Of a stretch of DNA of 64,000 bases, positions 1-9,259 are shown one piece after another; within the stretch, counting starts at the first letter, position 1, and every line of letters begins with the position of its first letter. The stretch is from an uncultured virus (IMG/VR IMGVR_UViG_3300001348_000010) (lineage: Duplodnaviria; Heunggongvirae; Uroviricota; Caudoviricetes). The notes under the pieces are model-generated. The model saw only the letters and a list, made by a program, of their open reading frames with translations. It searched no databases and was not told the DNA's origin. The stretch covers positions 1-64,000 of the IMG/VR virus record IMGVR_UViG_3300001348_000010; one strand, given 5' to 3'. Made by a program: the position numbers and the translations under genes.

Positions 1-1
1 A

Positions 2-82
2 CCATCCACAGAACCATCATTACAATTAACATTCGATGGTTTATCCACAAACAGTTTCACAGTATTAGATTGGAGTGAATAA
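2..82 (+). CDS. 3' end of upstream ORF (partial; probably tail-fibre module)
   Basis: Open frame PSTEPSLQLTFDGLSTNSFTVLDWSE* ending just before ATG at 84. Confidence 0.5.
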   Translation, partial: PSTEPSLQLTFDGLSTNSFTVLDWSE

Positions 83-83
83 T

Positions 84-1700
84 ATGGGTACTAAGAATTT
101 NAATAGTGCAACAAACTTAATAACATTCACCAGAGCATCAGGTGGTACAGCTTTAAGGAAAATTAGCTACGGCTCAGAGTTGNTTACTAATGGTACGTTT
201 GATACTGATATTTCTGGTTGGAATAATGACGGTACAACTTCTGCAATTGTAGGTAATCAAATTGAGGTTACTTCTGTTAGCGGAGTAAGCGGTAGTGGTG
301 TGAATCAGACTATTACAACTGTAGCAGGGAAAAGATATAAATTCTCTAGCGACCATGCCCCACAAACAGGACGTGCAAGGATTGAGGTCAAGGACAATAA
401 CAATTTCGGTAGTGGTTTAGGAACTTTGTCTCAAACTAGTGCAACTGGCACATATGAATTTGTTTTTGTTGCACTATCAAATTCTACTTACATTCGCCTT
501 GAGGCTTTCGACACATCTAGCGTAGTTTTATTTGACAACATCTCAGTCAAAGAAGTCCTATACGATCAACCTGATGGCACACTTCAACTTTGGAACCATG
601 GTAACAACGAACCTCGTATTGAGTACGATGCTACTGGTGCAGTCAAAGGTTTACTGATTGAAGAAGCTAGGACTAACTTGATTACTAATTCAAACACAGG
701 ATCTTGGGTAGACGTGAGAATAACTACTACCCTCAATGCTGGGGTGTCTCCTGACGGAACTAGTAATGCAACCAAAGTTGTTCCGCAAGTTAATCAGACT
801 AACACGTACTCGTATACAAATCTACAGTCAAACGGTTCAGGTGTTAAATCCTCAACCTCCATTTACTTGGCTTCTGCGGGTTACGGCTTTGCTACAGTAT
901 GTTCTTATACCCACACCGCCAGTCGGAACACTGCTGTTGTTGATTTGTCTAACGGCACAATAACGGCTAATTACGACGCAGGTCCGTATACAGATACATT
1001 TACTGTTGAACCTGCAGGTAACAATTTTTATAGAGTTACAGTAACCCATGAGAACAGAGGTAATCTTATATTAGGCGTCTCTGACACAGGAACATATACC
1101 CCCGGTGAAAACTTTGGGTTTAACGACACAATGACAACTGACGGTGTTTCAGGTATCCTACGCTATGGATTGCAACATGAAGTAGGCGCTTTCCCTTCGT
1201 CCTACATCCCGACAACAGGTAGCACAGCTACTAGGGCGGCAGATGTTGCTACCATACCAAGGTCAAGTTTTGGACATCACAACGAGGCTTCTACTTGGGT
1301 AGTTGAGTTTACCCCAACATTCCCATCTGTTGATACTAATCAGTCGGTACTATCTAGATATGGGTCTGGTTATGATTTACACATTTGGTCAACACATGCA
1401 AATACCATGACTGCTAATTTTATGAATAGTGCCTCTAGTCCTAATTTCCCTATAACAGCTAACCAAACATCTAAAATTGCGGTTGTGATTAAACATGGCG
1501 AGTATCTATCTGTTTGTGTAGATGGTGGTTCGGTTAGTCAAAACTCGGTTCTTTCTAATACCACCGTACATAGCCCCACAGTACAAGGCTGGGCTAACGT
1601 AGACTATAAACTTGGTGGCGACCAACTAGGACACATCAAGTCCATCAAATACTACCCTCGCAGACTAACTAATACACAGCTACAGGAGCTAACAACATGA
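84..1700 (+). CDS. Tail fibre/spike-like protein with carbohydrate-binding-like and LamG-like domains
   Basis: Thr/Ser/Gly/Asn-rich; NGTFDTDISGW, GLLIEEARTNL, PSSYIPTTGSTATRAAD and YYPRRLTN motifs typical of phage spike/fibre proteins; GGAG RBS before ATG 84. Confidence 0.7.
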   Translation: MGTKNXNSATNLITFTRASGGTALRKISYGSELXTNGTFDTDISGWNNDGTTSAIVGNQIEVTSVSGVSGSGVNQTITTVAGKRYKFSSDHAPQTGRARIEVKDNNNFGSGLGTLSQTSATGTYEFVFVALSNSTYIRLEAFDTSSVVLFDNISVKEVLYDQPDGTLQLWNHGNNEPRIEYDATGAVKGLLIEEARTNLITNSNTGSWVDVRITTTLNAGVSPDGTSNATKVVPQVNQTNTYSYTNLQSNGSGVKSSTSIYLASAGYGFATVCSYTHTASRNTAVVDLSNGTITANYDAGPYTDTFTVEPAGNNFYRVTVTHENRGNLILGVSDTGTYTPGENFGFNDTMTTDGVSGILRYGLQHEVGAFPSSYIPTTGSTATRAADVATIPRSSFGHHNEASTWVVEFTPTFPSVDTNQSVLSRYGSGYDLHIWSTHANTMTANFMNSASSPNFPITANQTSKIAVVIKHGEYLSVCVDGGSVSQNSVLSNTTVHSPTVQGWANVDYKLGGDQLGHIKSIKYYPRRLTNTQLQELTT

Positions 1701-2086
1701 GTGAAGAATTAGAAACAATAAAGATTGACTTTTATTTAAAGTTAACAAACGAAGCCGCAATGACTACAGTATTATCAGACTTCTATACACAAGACACTGA
1801 AACTACAGTAAACGAGGATACAGGCGAGGAGACCACTACAAACGTAGGTGATCCTTACTTAGTACCTAACACATCTAACTATGCTATTGATGTTGTGGGA
1901 ACACTAAGTGAACCTACAGGCAATACACTGACAGATGATAATGACATGGAGTATCCTGAGATGCAAGCCTTAGATGGTTGGCATGTGAATATCCGTTTAG
2001 TAGGTGATGAAGTTAGAGCAGCAGTAGAAGCACTAGATGAAACACACGGTGTTACTCCAAGTGCACCACAAAGAATTTGGTTATAA
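1697..2086 (+). CDS. Acidic hypothetical protein, probable fibre-associated/chaperone
   Basis: 129 aa, ATGA overlap with fibre gene; GWHVNIR...P..PQRIWL C-terminus. Confidence 0.6.
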   Translation: MSEELETIKIDFYLKLTNEAAMTTVLSDFYTQDTETTVNEDTGEETTTNVGDPYLVPNTSNYAIDVVGTLSEPTGNTLTDDNDMEYPEMQALDGWHVNIRLVGDEVRAAVEALDETHGVTPSAPQRIWL

Positions 2087-2104
2087 AATAATTAAATTTA
2101 ACAC

Positions 2105-2133
2105 TTTACTTATTAAAACAAATATGGTATAAT
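2105..2133 (+). promoter_or_regulatory. Sigma70-type early promoter
   Basis: TTTACT-N17-TATAAT. Confidence 0.65.
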
Positions 2134-2138
2134 CAAGT

Positions 2139-3365
2139 ATGATAACATTTAAAGATACATTAACAGAACAGAAGAACACACACATGACACACATTGAGGA
2201 TAAGGTTCTCTATGGTGGCGTTAAGGGTACACGTGAAGCTATACTAGCTTTGCGTGAACTACGTGATATGCTAAAAGGTTCTCATAGCGGATCAGTATCC
2301 GTTAAATGGGATGGAGCACCTGCTATCTTTGCTGGAGAAGATCCATCTGACGGCAAATTCTTTGTTGCTAAGAAAGGTATCTTTAATAAGAACCCTAAAA
2401 TTTATAAAACTGCAGCAGAAGTTGATGAAGATACATCAGGCGATCTTGCTGATAAATTAAAAGACGCACTTGAATACTTACCAGAACTTGGTATTAAAGG
2501 TGTAATCCAAGGAGATTTTCTATATAGTTCTGGAGACATTAATAAGGAGACAATTGATGGGGACAAATACATTACTTTCCACCCTAATACTATTGTTTAT
2601 GCTGTGCCTAGTAATGGTGCAGCCGCACGAGATATCCAAAAATCAAGAATTGGCATTGTCTGGCACACAACATATAAGGGTAAAACATTTGAAGACATGA
2701 AGGCATCATATGGTGTCGATACAAATAAGTTTAAAAAATCTAAAAATGTATGGTCACAAGATGCTATGTTAAGAGATATGACTAATGTAACTATGTCTGC
2801 AAAGGATACTAAAGATGTTACCAAACTACTTAGTGACTGCGGTAAACTATTTACGACAATCTCAGGAACAACACTTAGACAACTGGAAGCAAATCAATTA
2901 CTTGCACAACATATCGAACAATATAACAACACGTTTGTCCGTAAAGGTCAAGTTATTAAAGATACAACAAAACACACTGCTGGTCTCATTCGTTGGATCG
3001 ACAACAGATATAAAGCAGAAAAAGCAAAGATGAAGACTGATAGAGGTAAAGCATCACGACAGAAAAAGCTTGATGATCTACTTGCATTCTTCTCTCCTAG
3101 TAATAGAATTAACTTGATTCGTATGTTCGAGTTACAAAAACTTATTGTACTAGCTAAATTAAAACTTATAAATAGTCTTAATAAACTAAGTAATACTAAA
3201 ACCTTTGTTAAAACTAAGAATGGTTATACAACCACTGGTGAAGAAGGTTATGTAGCAATTGATAAACTTGGCGGTGATGCTGTGAAAATAGTTGATCGTA
3301 TGGAATTTTCATACAACAACTTTTCACCTGATATATTAAAAGGATGGGACAAACCAGGAAGATGA
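2139..3365 (+). CDS. Ligase-like nucleotidyltransferase (DUF6267-like, family name recalled, not searched)
   Basis: KWDG (motif I), QGDF (III-like), EGYV (IV) and VK (V) motifs of covalent nucleotidyltransferases. Confidence 0.65.
   Translation: MITFKDTLTEQKNTHMTHIEDKVLYGGVKGTREAILALRELRDMLKGSHSGSVSVKWDGAPAIFAGEDPSDGKFFVAKKGIFNKNPKIYKTAAEVDEDTSGDLADKLKDALEYLPELGIKGVIQGDFLYSSGDINKETIDGDKYITFHPNTIVYAVPSNGAAARDIQKSRIGIVWHTTYKGKTFEDMKASYGVDTNKFKKSKNVWSQDAMLRDMTNVTMSAKDTKDVTKLLSDCGKLFTTISGTTLRQLEANQLLAQHIEQYNNTFVRKGQVIKDTTKHTAGLIRWIDNRYKAEKAKMKTDRGKASRQKKLDDLLAFFSPSNRINLIRMFELQKLIVLAKLKLINSLNKLSNTKTFVKTKNGYTTTGEEGYVAIDKLGGDAVKIVDRMEFSYNNFSPDILKGWDKPGR
3167..3174 (+). promoter_or_regulatory. T4-type late promoter
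   Basis: TATAAATA upstream of the basic-protein cluster. Confidence 0.55.
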
Positions 3366-3631
3366 GTAAAGAAATGAAATCATTTAATACATTCGTACCA
3401 GTAAATGAAGCAAAAGCTTTTGATCTGGATAAACTTAAAAAGGCATATTCTAGTATGCCAGATAGACTTTCACTTGATAAGTCACGTGAATTAAGTAAAG
3501 TTGTTAATAAATTTAGTAAAGACGAATTACTTCAGGTAAGAAAAGCTGATATAAAATGGCTATCAAGTATGGCAACTACTGCTCTAATTAGTAAGCATAA
3601 AATGACTGCTGCAGACTTGAGGAAAAAATAA
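3362..3631 (+). CDS. Basic hypothetical protein, putative internal head protein
   Basis: MKSFNTFVPVNEA N-terminal motif; ATGA overlap with upstream gene. Confidence 0.6.
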   Translation: MSKEMKSFNTFVPVNEAKAFDLDKLKKAYSSMPDRLSLDKSRELSKVVNKFSKDELLQVRKADIKWLSSMATTALISKHKMTAADLRKK

Positions 3632-4278
3632 TGAAATCTTTTAAGTCATTCCGATTAGACGAAGCATTTGGTAGAGCAAGATTTAATCAACAGCTAAAGA
3701 AAAAAGGCATTGATGTAAACAAGCAACATAGTAGTAATGTTAAAGATGCTGCAGCCGCTAAGAAAAGAGCATCTGCTGCTTCTAAAGATCATACTGCATT
3801 CCGTAAGAAATATCCAAATATTAAGTTTGATGAAAAAGCCGAAGATCCAGATATTAAGGATCGTGACGGAGCACAGCCAGCTGCATATCACAAAGGTCTT
3901 TCTAAGTCAACTAAAGTAAAACGTGATGCTCAGTTTAAGAAGCAAGCTAAAATGGCAGATGATAATCCTGATGCTTATAAGCCAGCTCCTGGGGATGCTA
4001 CAGCTAAGACAAAGACATCTAAGCATACAAAAAAGTATAAACAGATGTTTGGTGAAGATGCTAAAACTGGTTTGGCTAAGAAGGCTGAGAAGTCTGGTAT
4101 GCCAATTGGTATATTACGCAAAGTATATAACCGTGGTGTTGCTGCATGGAAAACAGGACATAGGCCAGGGACTACACCAGAACAATGGGGTTACGCAAGA
4201 GTTAATTCCTTTATAACTAAATCCTCTGGTACTTGGGGTAAAGCAGATAAAGACCTAGCAGCAAAGGTTAGAAAATAA
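3631..4278 (+). CDS. Lys-rich putative internal head protein (DUF5824-like C-terminus)
   Basis: MKSFKSFRLDEA start; VYNRGVAAWKTGHRPG..QWGYARVNSF motif. Confidence 0.65.
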   Translation: MKSFKSFRLDEAFGRARFNQQLKKKGIDVNKQHSSNVKDAAAAKKRASAASKDHTAFRKKYPNIKFDEKAEDPDIKDRDGAQPAAYHKGLSKSTKVKRDAQFKKQAKMADDNPDAYKPAPGDATAKTKTSKHTKKYKQMFGEDAKTGLAKKAEKSGMPIGILRKVYNRGVAAWKTGHRPGTTPEQWGYARVNSFITKSSGTWGKADKDLAAKVRK

Positions 4279-4709
4279 TGAAATCATTTAATTTATTTAC
4301 TGAAGGTTATAATCCTTCGGAGCATGAAGAAGGTAAACCGGCTACTGTAGCTCGTGCTAAGGCTTTAACACCAGGGCAAGAACCTGTTGATGAAGTATTA
4401 AGTATTAAGCAAAGACGTGATCGTGGTATATCTGCTCGTAAGAATAAAACTAAAATGGCAATGGGTAGACGTAAAGCTGCTAATAAAATTGCTTCTCCAG
4501 ATAAACTAAAGAAACGTGCTCAAAGACAAGCTAGAACAGCTATGGCTGACAAGCTGGCTAAAGATCAACCTAAGGGTAAAATGACTGCAGCACGTAAATC
4601 AGAGATTGAGAAGCGTTTAAGCAAGATGAAACCACGTATAAATAATATAGCAAAGCGTATGTTAAAAGATGTTCGTAAAGCAGAAATAGCAAGAAAACGT
4701 GGAAAGTAA
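4278..4709 (+). CDS. Highly basic hypothetical protein, putative internal head protein
   Basis: MKSFNLFTEG start; Lys/Arg-rich; translationally coupled. Confidence 0.65.
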   Translation: MKSFNLFTEGYNPSEHEEGKPATVARAKALTPGQEPVDEVLSIKQRRDRGISARKNKTKMAMGRRKAANKIASPDKLKKRAQRQARTAMADKLAKDQPKGKMTAARKSEIEKRLSKMKPRINNIAKRMLKDVRKAEIARKRGK

Positions 4710-4714
4710 TACTT

Positions 4715-5716
4715 ATGGGAATCCCATCATTTAGCCAGTATCTAGTTGAAGAGGAACAAGCAGTTTATTTTACTTTTGGTAGAATGAATCCTCCAACTAT
4801 TGGTCATGAAAAACTATTGAACACACTAGCTAAACAGGCTGGTAGAAATCCGTATAGGATTTATCTATCTCAATCAACAGATAAGAGTAAAAATCCTTTA
4901 CAGTACAACGATAAGATTAAATATGCAAGGAAGATGTTTCCTAAGCACGCACGTCAGATCCTTATTAATAAAAAGGTTAAAACATTTATAGATGCAGCAA
5001 CAACATTATATGACGAGGGTTTTAAATCAGTCGTAATGGTTGTTGGATCAGATCGTGTTAATGAATTTGATATTCTTTTAAATAAGTATAATGGTTCAAA
5101 AGGTAGACATGGTTTCTTTAACTTTAAAAGTATTAAAGTGATATCTGCTGGTGAAAGAGACCCAGATGCAGATGGTGCTACTGGAGCATCTGCTAGTAAA
5201 CAGAGAGCAGCTGCTAAAGCTAATGACTTTACATCATTTTCTCAAGGCTTACCTAAACCATTATCCAATTCTGATGCAAAGAAACTCTTTAATGATATCC
5301 GTAGTGCTATGGGAATCAAAGAGGAAGCATCATTTTATCATCACGTTGAATTAAAATCAGTATCAGAAGAACGTGAAGCATTTGTAAATGGAGATTTATT
5401 CTCCTTAGGCGAATCAGTTATAATAAAGAGTACAGACGAAGTTGGTACTATTTGTATGCTAGGTGCTAACTATGTTATTGTAGAGACACCTAACCGTAAA
5501 ACAAGACAGTGGCTTGAATCAGTAGAAAAGATTGAAGAAGGTAATGGTCTTTGGGCAAACATCCGTGCTAAGAAAGCACGTGGTGAAAAGATGAGAAAAA
5601 AAGGTGCTAAAGGTGCTCCTACAGATGCTCAGATTAAACACGCTCAAAGTACAAGTGAAAAGAAAAACGAAGAAACAAAATATTCATTTGTAAGCTACAT
5701 TAAGGACCAGAGTTAA
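4715..5716 (+). CDS. Cytidylyltransferase/NMNAT-like nucleotidyltransferase (HxGH superfamily)
   Basis: FGRMNPPTIGH, VVGSDR and SASKQR motifs. Confidence 0.8.
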   Translation: MGIPSFSQYLVEEEQAVYFTFGRMNPPTIGHEKLLNTLAKQAGRNPYRIYLSQSTDKSKNPLQYNDKIKYARKMFPKHARQILINKKVKTFIDAATTLYDEGFKSVVMVVGSDRVNEFDILLNKYNGSKGRHGFFNFKSIKVISAGERDPDADGATGASASKQRAAAKANDFTSFSQGLPKPLSNSDAKKLFNDIRSAMGIKEEASFYHHVELKSVSEEREAFVNGDLFSLGESVIIKSTDEVGTICMLGANYVIVETPNRKTRQWLESVEKIEEGNGLWANIRAKKARGEKMRKKGAKGAPTDAQIKHAQSTSEKKNEETKYSFVSYIKDQS

Positions 5717-6018
5717 TGCTTAATTTTAAAAAATTTATTTCTGAAGAAAATTTGGAAGAACGTGGTGCTGATGGTAAAGGTCACTATAGATCAACTGAGA
5801 AAGGCGCAGGCTTAACTCAAAAAGGCAGAGATGCTATTAATAGAAAAACTGGTAGCAACCTAAAGGCTCCAGTTACAGGTAAAGCTAAAGCTGGTAGTAA
5901 AGCAGCTGGACGTAGGAAATCATTCTGTGCTCGTATGGGCGGAATGAAAGGACCTATGAAAGATGAAAAAGGGAGACCTACTCGTAAGGCCATGTCTCTC
6001 AGAAGATGGAAGTGTTAA
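5716..6018 (+). CDS. Basic conserved phage protein (DUF6321-like)
   Basis: GAGLTQKG...RRKSFCARM...LRRWKC; MLNFKKFISEE start. Confidence 0.7.
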   Translation: MLNFKKFISEENLEERGADGKGHYRSTEKGAGLTQKGRDAINRKTGSNLKAPVTGKAKAGSKAAGRRKSFCARMGGMKGPMKDEKGRPTRKAMSLRRWKC

Positions 6019-6021
6019 GTT

Positions 6022-6306
6022 ATGGCTACAGATGTCGACTGGAAGAAACGGTTAGACCGGATCGAGGAAAAGATGGATAAGATGAGTGAAGTCTTAATCT
6101 CACTTGCTCGCTTTGAAGAAAAGATGGATGCTTATAACGAGTACCGTGAGAGATCATGGGATCGTATGAATAAGTTTTCGGAGAAACTAGATAAAATTGA
6201 AAAGATGTGTGACGATAATGCTCGCACAGTAAATACTATAAACAAATTATTCTGGATAGCTACTGTTGCTATCGGGAGTGCAGTAGCCACCCAATTTTGG
6301 ATATAA
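6022..6306 (+). CDS. Coiled-coil protein with C-terminal transmembrane helix
   Basis: Heptad-like RLDRIEEKMDKM; hydrophobic LFWIATVAIGSAVATQFWI. Confidence 0.65.
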   Translation: MATDVDWKKRLDRIEEKMDKMSEVLISLARFEEKMDAYNEYRERSWDRMNKFSEKLDKIEKMCDDNARTVNTINKLFWIATVAIGSAVATQFWI

Positions 6307-6318
6307 AGGAAAAACCAA

Positions 6319-7107
6319 ATGGAAAAAGATACTATGACTAAGTTGGGCGATGCGTACGCACAAGTCCAAGAAGCAACAGCTAAACAACGTGCTTTAGCTA
6401 GCATTAAAGCTAAACCAAAAGGACAGGTAACATTACCTAAAGCTCCTTGGGATAAAAAGAAAGAAGGTGTCGAGGAAGACGCTTCTAACGATACATCTGA
6501 TGATGGCGCAGGATTAGATAAAGCAGATCCTAAAGCAGCTAAGAAAAAGTTTAAAGATCGTAAAGATAAAGACATTGATAATGATGGTGATACAGATTCT
6601 TCTGATGAATACCTTCATAAACGTCGTAAAGCTATTTCTAAAAATGTTAAAGAAGCAGACGATAAAACAACACCTTGTCCTAAGTGTGATGGTTCAATGG
6701 AAAATCATGCTAAAGATTGTCCAAACCATCCAGATAATAAAGGTAAAAAAGATGATACTGCTGTAATGAATCCTAAGAATGATGAAAAAGAAAAGGTTGC
6801 AACAGAAATGGCAGAACCTAAATGGCCAGTTTACAAACGTATTATTGAAAAAGTATCTGCAGATAAAGCAAAGAAAGATGCAGAAAAAGGCGAAGAAATG
6901 GATTCAAAAGATTCAGAAGGCGCTAAGAAGTTTGTAGATGATCACGAAAAGAATGATGATAAGAAACAAGGCGATAAAGTTGATATCGCAGTAGCAATAA
7001 AAAAGAATGCATCTGCAATGGCTAATCCAATGAAAGCGGCACCAATGCGCCCAGGTGATAATAAAGCCGGAGATAAAGTTGCTGATAAACCAGAAGGAAA
7101 AATGTAA
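6319..7107 (+). CDS. Highly charged hypothetical protein with DxDxDG loop and CxxC motif
   Basis: DIDNDGDTDSSDEYL; CPKC...H...C. Confidence 0.65.
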   Translation: MEKDTMTKLGDAYAQVQEATAKQRALASIKAKPKGQVTLPKAPWDKKKEGVEEDASNDTSDDGAGLDKADPKAAKKKFKDRKDKDIDNDGDTDSSDEYLHKRRKAISKNVKEADDKTTPCPKCDGSMENHAKDCPNHPDNKGKKDDTAVMNPKNDEKEKVATEMAEPKWPVYKRIIEKVSADKAKKDAEKGEEMDSKDSEGAKKFVDDHEKNDDKKQGDKVDIAVAIKKNASAMANPMKAAPMRPGDNKAGDKVADKPEGKM

Positions 7108-7443
7108 ATGATTAATCCACCAAAATGGTGTTCAAAAGCTATTCCAACTGTTCGCGGTTGGAAACATCATGTTCGTAGAGAGATTTTAAAACCTCAACGA
7201 TTTACACAAGAGCAGTGTAATGAGTATATGATTGCAAATGGCATGATGGAATCACCAGAAGTAATTACTGAAGTTCCACAAGTAGAAGCACCAGCTATGT
7301 TAAATGAAGCACCAGTTGGCGGTGATCTTGATGGTATGACTAAGGTTCAATTAGAAGCCTTAGGTCGTCAGAACGGAATAGAATTAGACCGAAGAAAAGG
7401 TAAAAAAACTTTAATAGATACTCTAAAGAATATAGTAAATTAA
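7108..7443 (+). CDS. Hypothetical protein with C-terminal HeH/Rho-N-like motif
   Basis: LDGMTKVQLEALGRQNGIELDRRKGKKTLIDTL. Confidence 0.6.
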   Translation: MINPPKWCSKAIPTVRGWKHHVRREILKPQRFTQEQCNEYMIANGMMESPEVITEVPQVEAPAMLNEAPVGGDLDGMTKVQLEALGRQNGIELDRRKGKKTLIDTLKNIVN

Positions 7444-7463
7444 TCTAATAAAGTTGAGGTTCT

Positions 7464-7826
7464 ATGGATATACAATTAACTGAGGATAACATCCCACTAT
7501 ACGCTGCTAAACATTATTATAATCCACTTGGTGCAGATCATGATGAATTCATAGAAGATTTAAAACGCTTTAAATATATTAAGCGGTTGGTCAATAGATA
7601 CACTGAAAGTGGCTATCTTGCTGATCGCTTAATTTTAAATCATCTAATTATTATTCATAATGTTTTTGGTATTCGACCTGGTGTTGAAATGTTAAAAATA
7701 AAATTAACAGATGATCAAATGTGTATAATAAAACCATTCTTATTGTTTTTAAACTATATTGAGAATGTTGAATTAACAAATATATCTATGGACAAAATAG
7801 TTGTTCAAAGGTTAAGGAATATATAA
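7464..7826 (+). CDS. Conserved T4-like hypothetical protein
   Basis: YAAKHYYNP...EDLKRFKYIKRL...RLILNHLI..NVFG. Confidence 0.7.
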   Translation: MDIQLTEDNIPLYAAKHYYNPLGADHDEFIEDLKRFKYIKRLVNRYTESGYLADRLILNHLIIIHNVFGIRPGVEMLKIKLTDDQMCIIKPFLLFLNYIENVELTNISMDKIVVQRLRNI

Positions 7827-8387
7827 ATGGGTATTTTATCAAGAGCTGGTGATCTAGTTTATACACTAAGGTTTCTTAGGTTACTAACAACGCCTTGGGA
7901 GAATACAACTGCATTCGAATTAGGGCTTATTGATAATAAAGGTAAGACCATTAAGAAAGCAGATACACCAGAAGAAAAGACTGCACATAATGCATTTCAT
8001 AAACTGGTATTTAATATTAAGAAGCTATTGCCTGGCAAAAGATTTGGTTCATATGCAGCTGCTCTATTCCTTCTTAAAGAGAAATATGGCGTATCAAACT
8101 TTGATAAAATTCTAAAAGAGTGTGGTATTAATTCACTTGATCTTATATCAGAAAATAGTGAATGGTTCTTATTAGAAAATAAACAATTATCACCTGGTGT
8201 CTATAGAGTAAATGGTAGTAAAATGATCAATGAGACACACGATGAAGTTGTTACTAAAAGAGATCAGGTAAGAATTAAAGAGGGTTGTTTCCCTGTTGGT
8301 GATGTTATGGGTTTAGACATCTATAAGGTAACACATCTTAAAACAAATAAAGAAATTTACATTACTGCAGGAGAGCTAATCAGATGA
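7827..8387 (+). CDS. Conserved T4-like hypothetical protein
   Basis: RFLRLLTTPW..T.AF.LGLID..G...FHKLVFNIKK..YAAALFLLKE. Confidence 0.7.
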   Translation: MGILSRAGDLVYTLRFLRLLTTPWENTTAFELGLIDNKGKTIKKADTPEEKTAHNAFHKLVFNIKKLLPGKRFGSYAAALFLLKEKYGVSNFDKILKECGINSLDLISENSEWFLLENKQLSPGVYRVNGSKMINETHDEVVTKRDQVRIKEGCFPVGDVMGLDIYKVTHLKTNKEIYITAGELIR

Positions 8388-8554
8388 AAATAAAAGAAGA
8401 TGCACCTACAAATTCTGTTGCTAGCGGTGGGTATGATTTAGCACCAAATGCTGGACCAAGAGTAAAAGAAATTCCTGTTACAGATCGCAGGCGAAGAAAA
8501 GATAAGCAACCTGTACTACTAAAAAGATTTAGAAAGTTTGTTAAAGATGATTAA
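8384..8554 (+). CDS. Small basic protein (56 aa, below ORF-track cutoff)
   Basis: MKIKEDAPTNSVASGG...RRRRKDKQPVLLKRFRKFVKDD*; GGAG RBS; fills the gap and overlaps both neighbours. Confidence 0.6.
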   Translation: MKIKEDAPTNSVASGGYDLAPNAGPRVKEIPVTDRRRRKDKQPVLLKRFRKFVKDD

Positions 8555-8966
8555 AGTTTATTTATTTTTATTTATCGTTGGTATCTTAGGTAGTGCTGGC
8601 TATGGCGGTTATAGCTATTATCTTTGGTCACAAGAAACAATGAATACATTACGTGAAAATAATGTAAAGTTAGAACAAGTCACAGTTGTTCAAGCTAATA
8701 CTATTACCGAACTAGAAAACAATGCCGCAAAGAATGAAGAACTAAATAAGAACTTATCTACAGCACTACAGAAATCACAAGTGCACTTGGATGCTTTGAG
8801 AAACAAATTCTCAAAGATTGATTTAACTATGGAAGCTATTACAAACCCAAATGGTTTGGAAGAAAGGGTTGACAATGCCGTTGCTAAACTTATTAAAAGA
8901 ATTGAAAATGAAACATCTCCTGATCGTAACAGCACCGATGCTGCTGACAGCGTGTCTGGGAACTAG
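8547..8966 (+). CDS. Putative inner-membrane spanin (Rz-like)
   Basis: N-terminal TM helix followed by long coiled coil; overlaps a lipoprotein gene. Confidence 0.7.
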   Translation: MIKVYLFLFIVGILGSAGYGGYSYYLWSQETMNTLRENNVKLEQVTVVQANTITELENNAAKNEELNKNLSTALQKSQVHLDALRNKFSKIDLTMEAITNPNGLEERVDNAVAKLIKRIENETSPDRNSTDAADSVSGN

Positions 8967-9258
8967 AACACCCGAACCAGTTGTTATAACACAAACAGAG
9001 TTTACTAAACAATCTATTCCTATTCAAACACAACCAAAAGGGGTGTCTATGCCACCAGTTGATTGGTATGTAGTAAATGGTGATAATGTTGAAGAATTCT
9101 TAGAACGTATAAAGAATGATACTGGAGCACCAGTATTCTTTGCTATTACACCAAAGGGCTATGAAAACTTGGCTATTGGTATTGGTGATCTAAGACGTTA
9201 CATTAAAGATGAGCAAGCTATTATCGGTTATTATGAAGAAGCATTAACTGAAGAATAA
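8908..9258 (+). CDS. Putative outer-membrane spanin (Rz1-like lipoprotein)
   Basis: Signal peptide MKHLLIVTAPMLLTAC with lipobox LTAC; Pro-rich mature region; starts inside the 3' end of the i-spanin gene. Confidence 0.7.
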   Translation: MKHLLIVTAPMLLTACLGTRTPEPVVITQTEFTKQSIPIQTQPKGVSMPPVDWYVVNGDNVEEFLERIKNDTGAPVFFAITPKGYENLAIGIGDLRRYIKDEQAIIGYYEEALTEE

Positions 9259-9259
9259 T

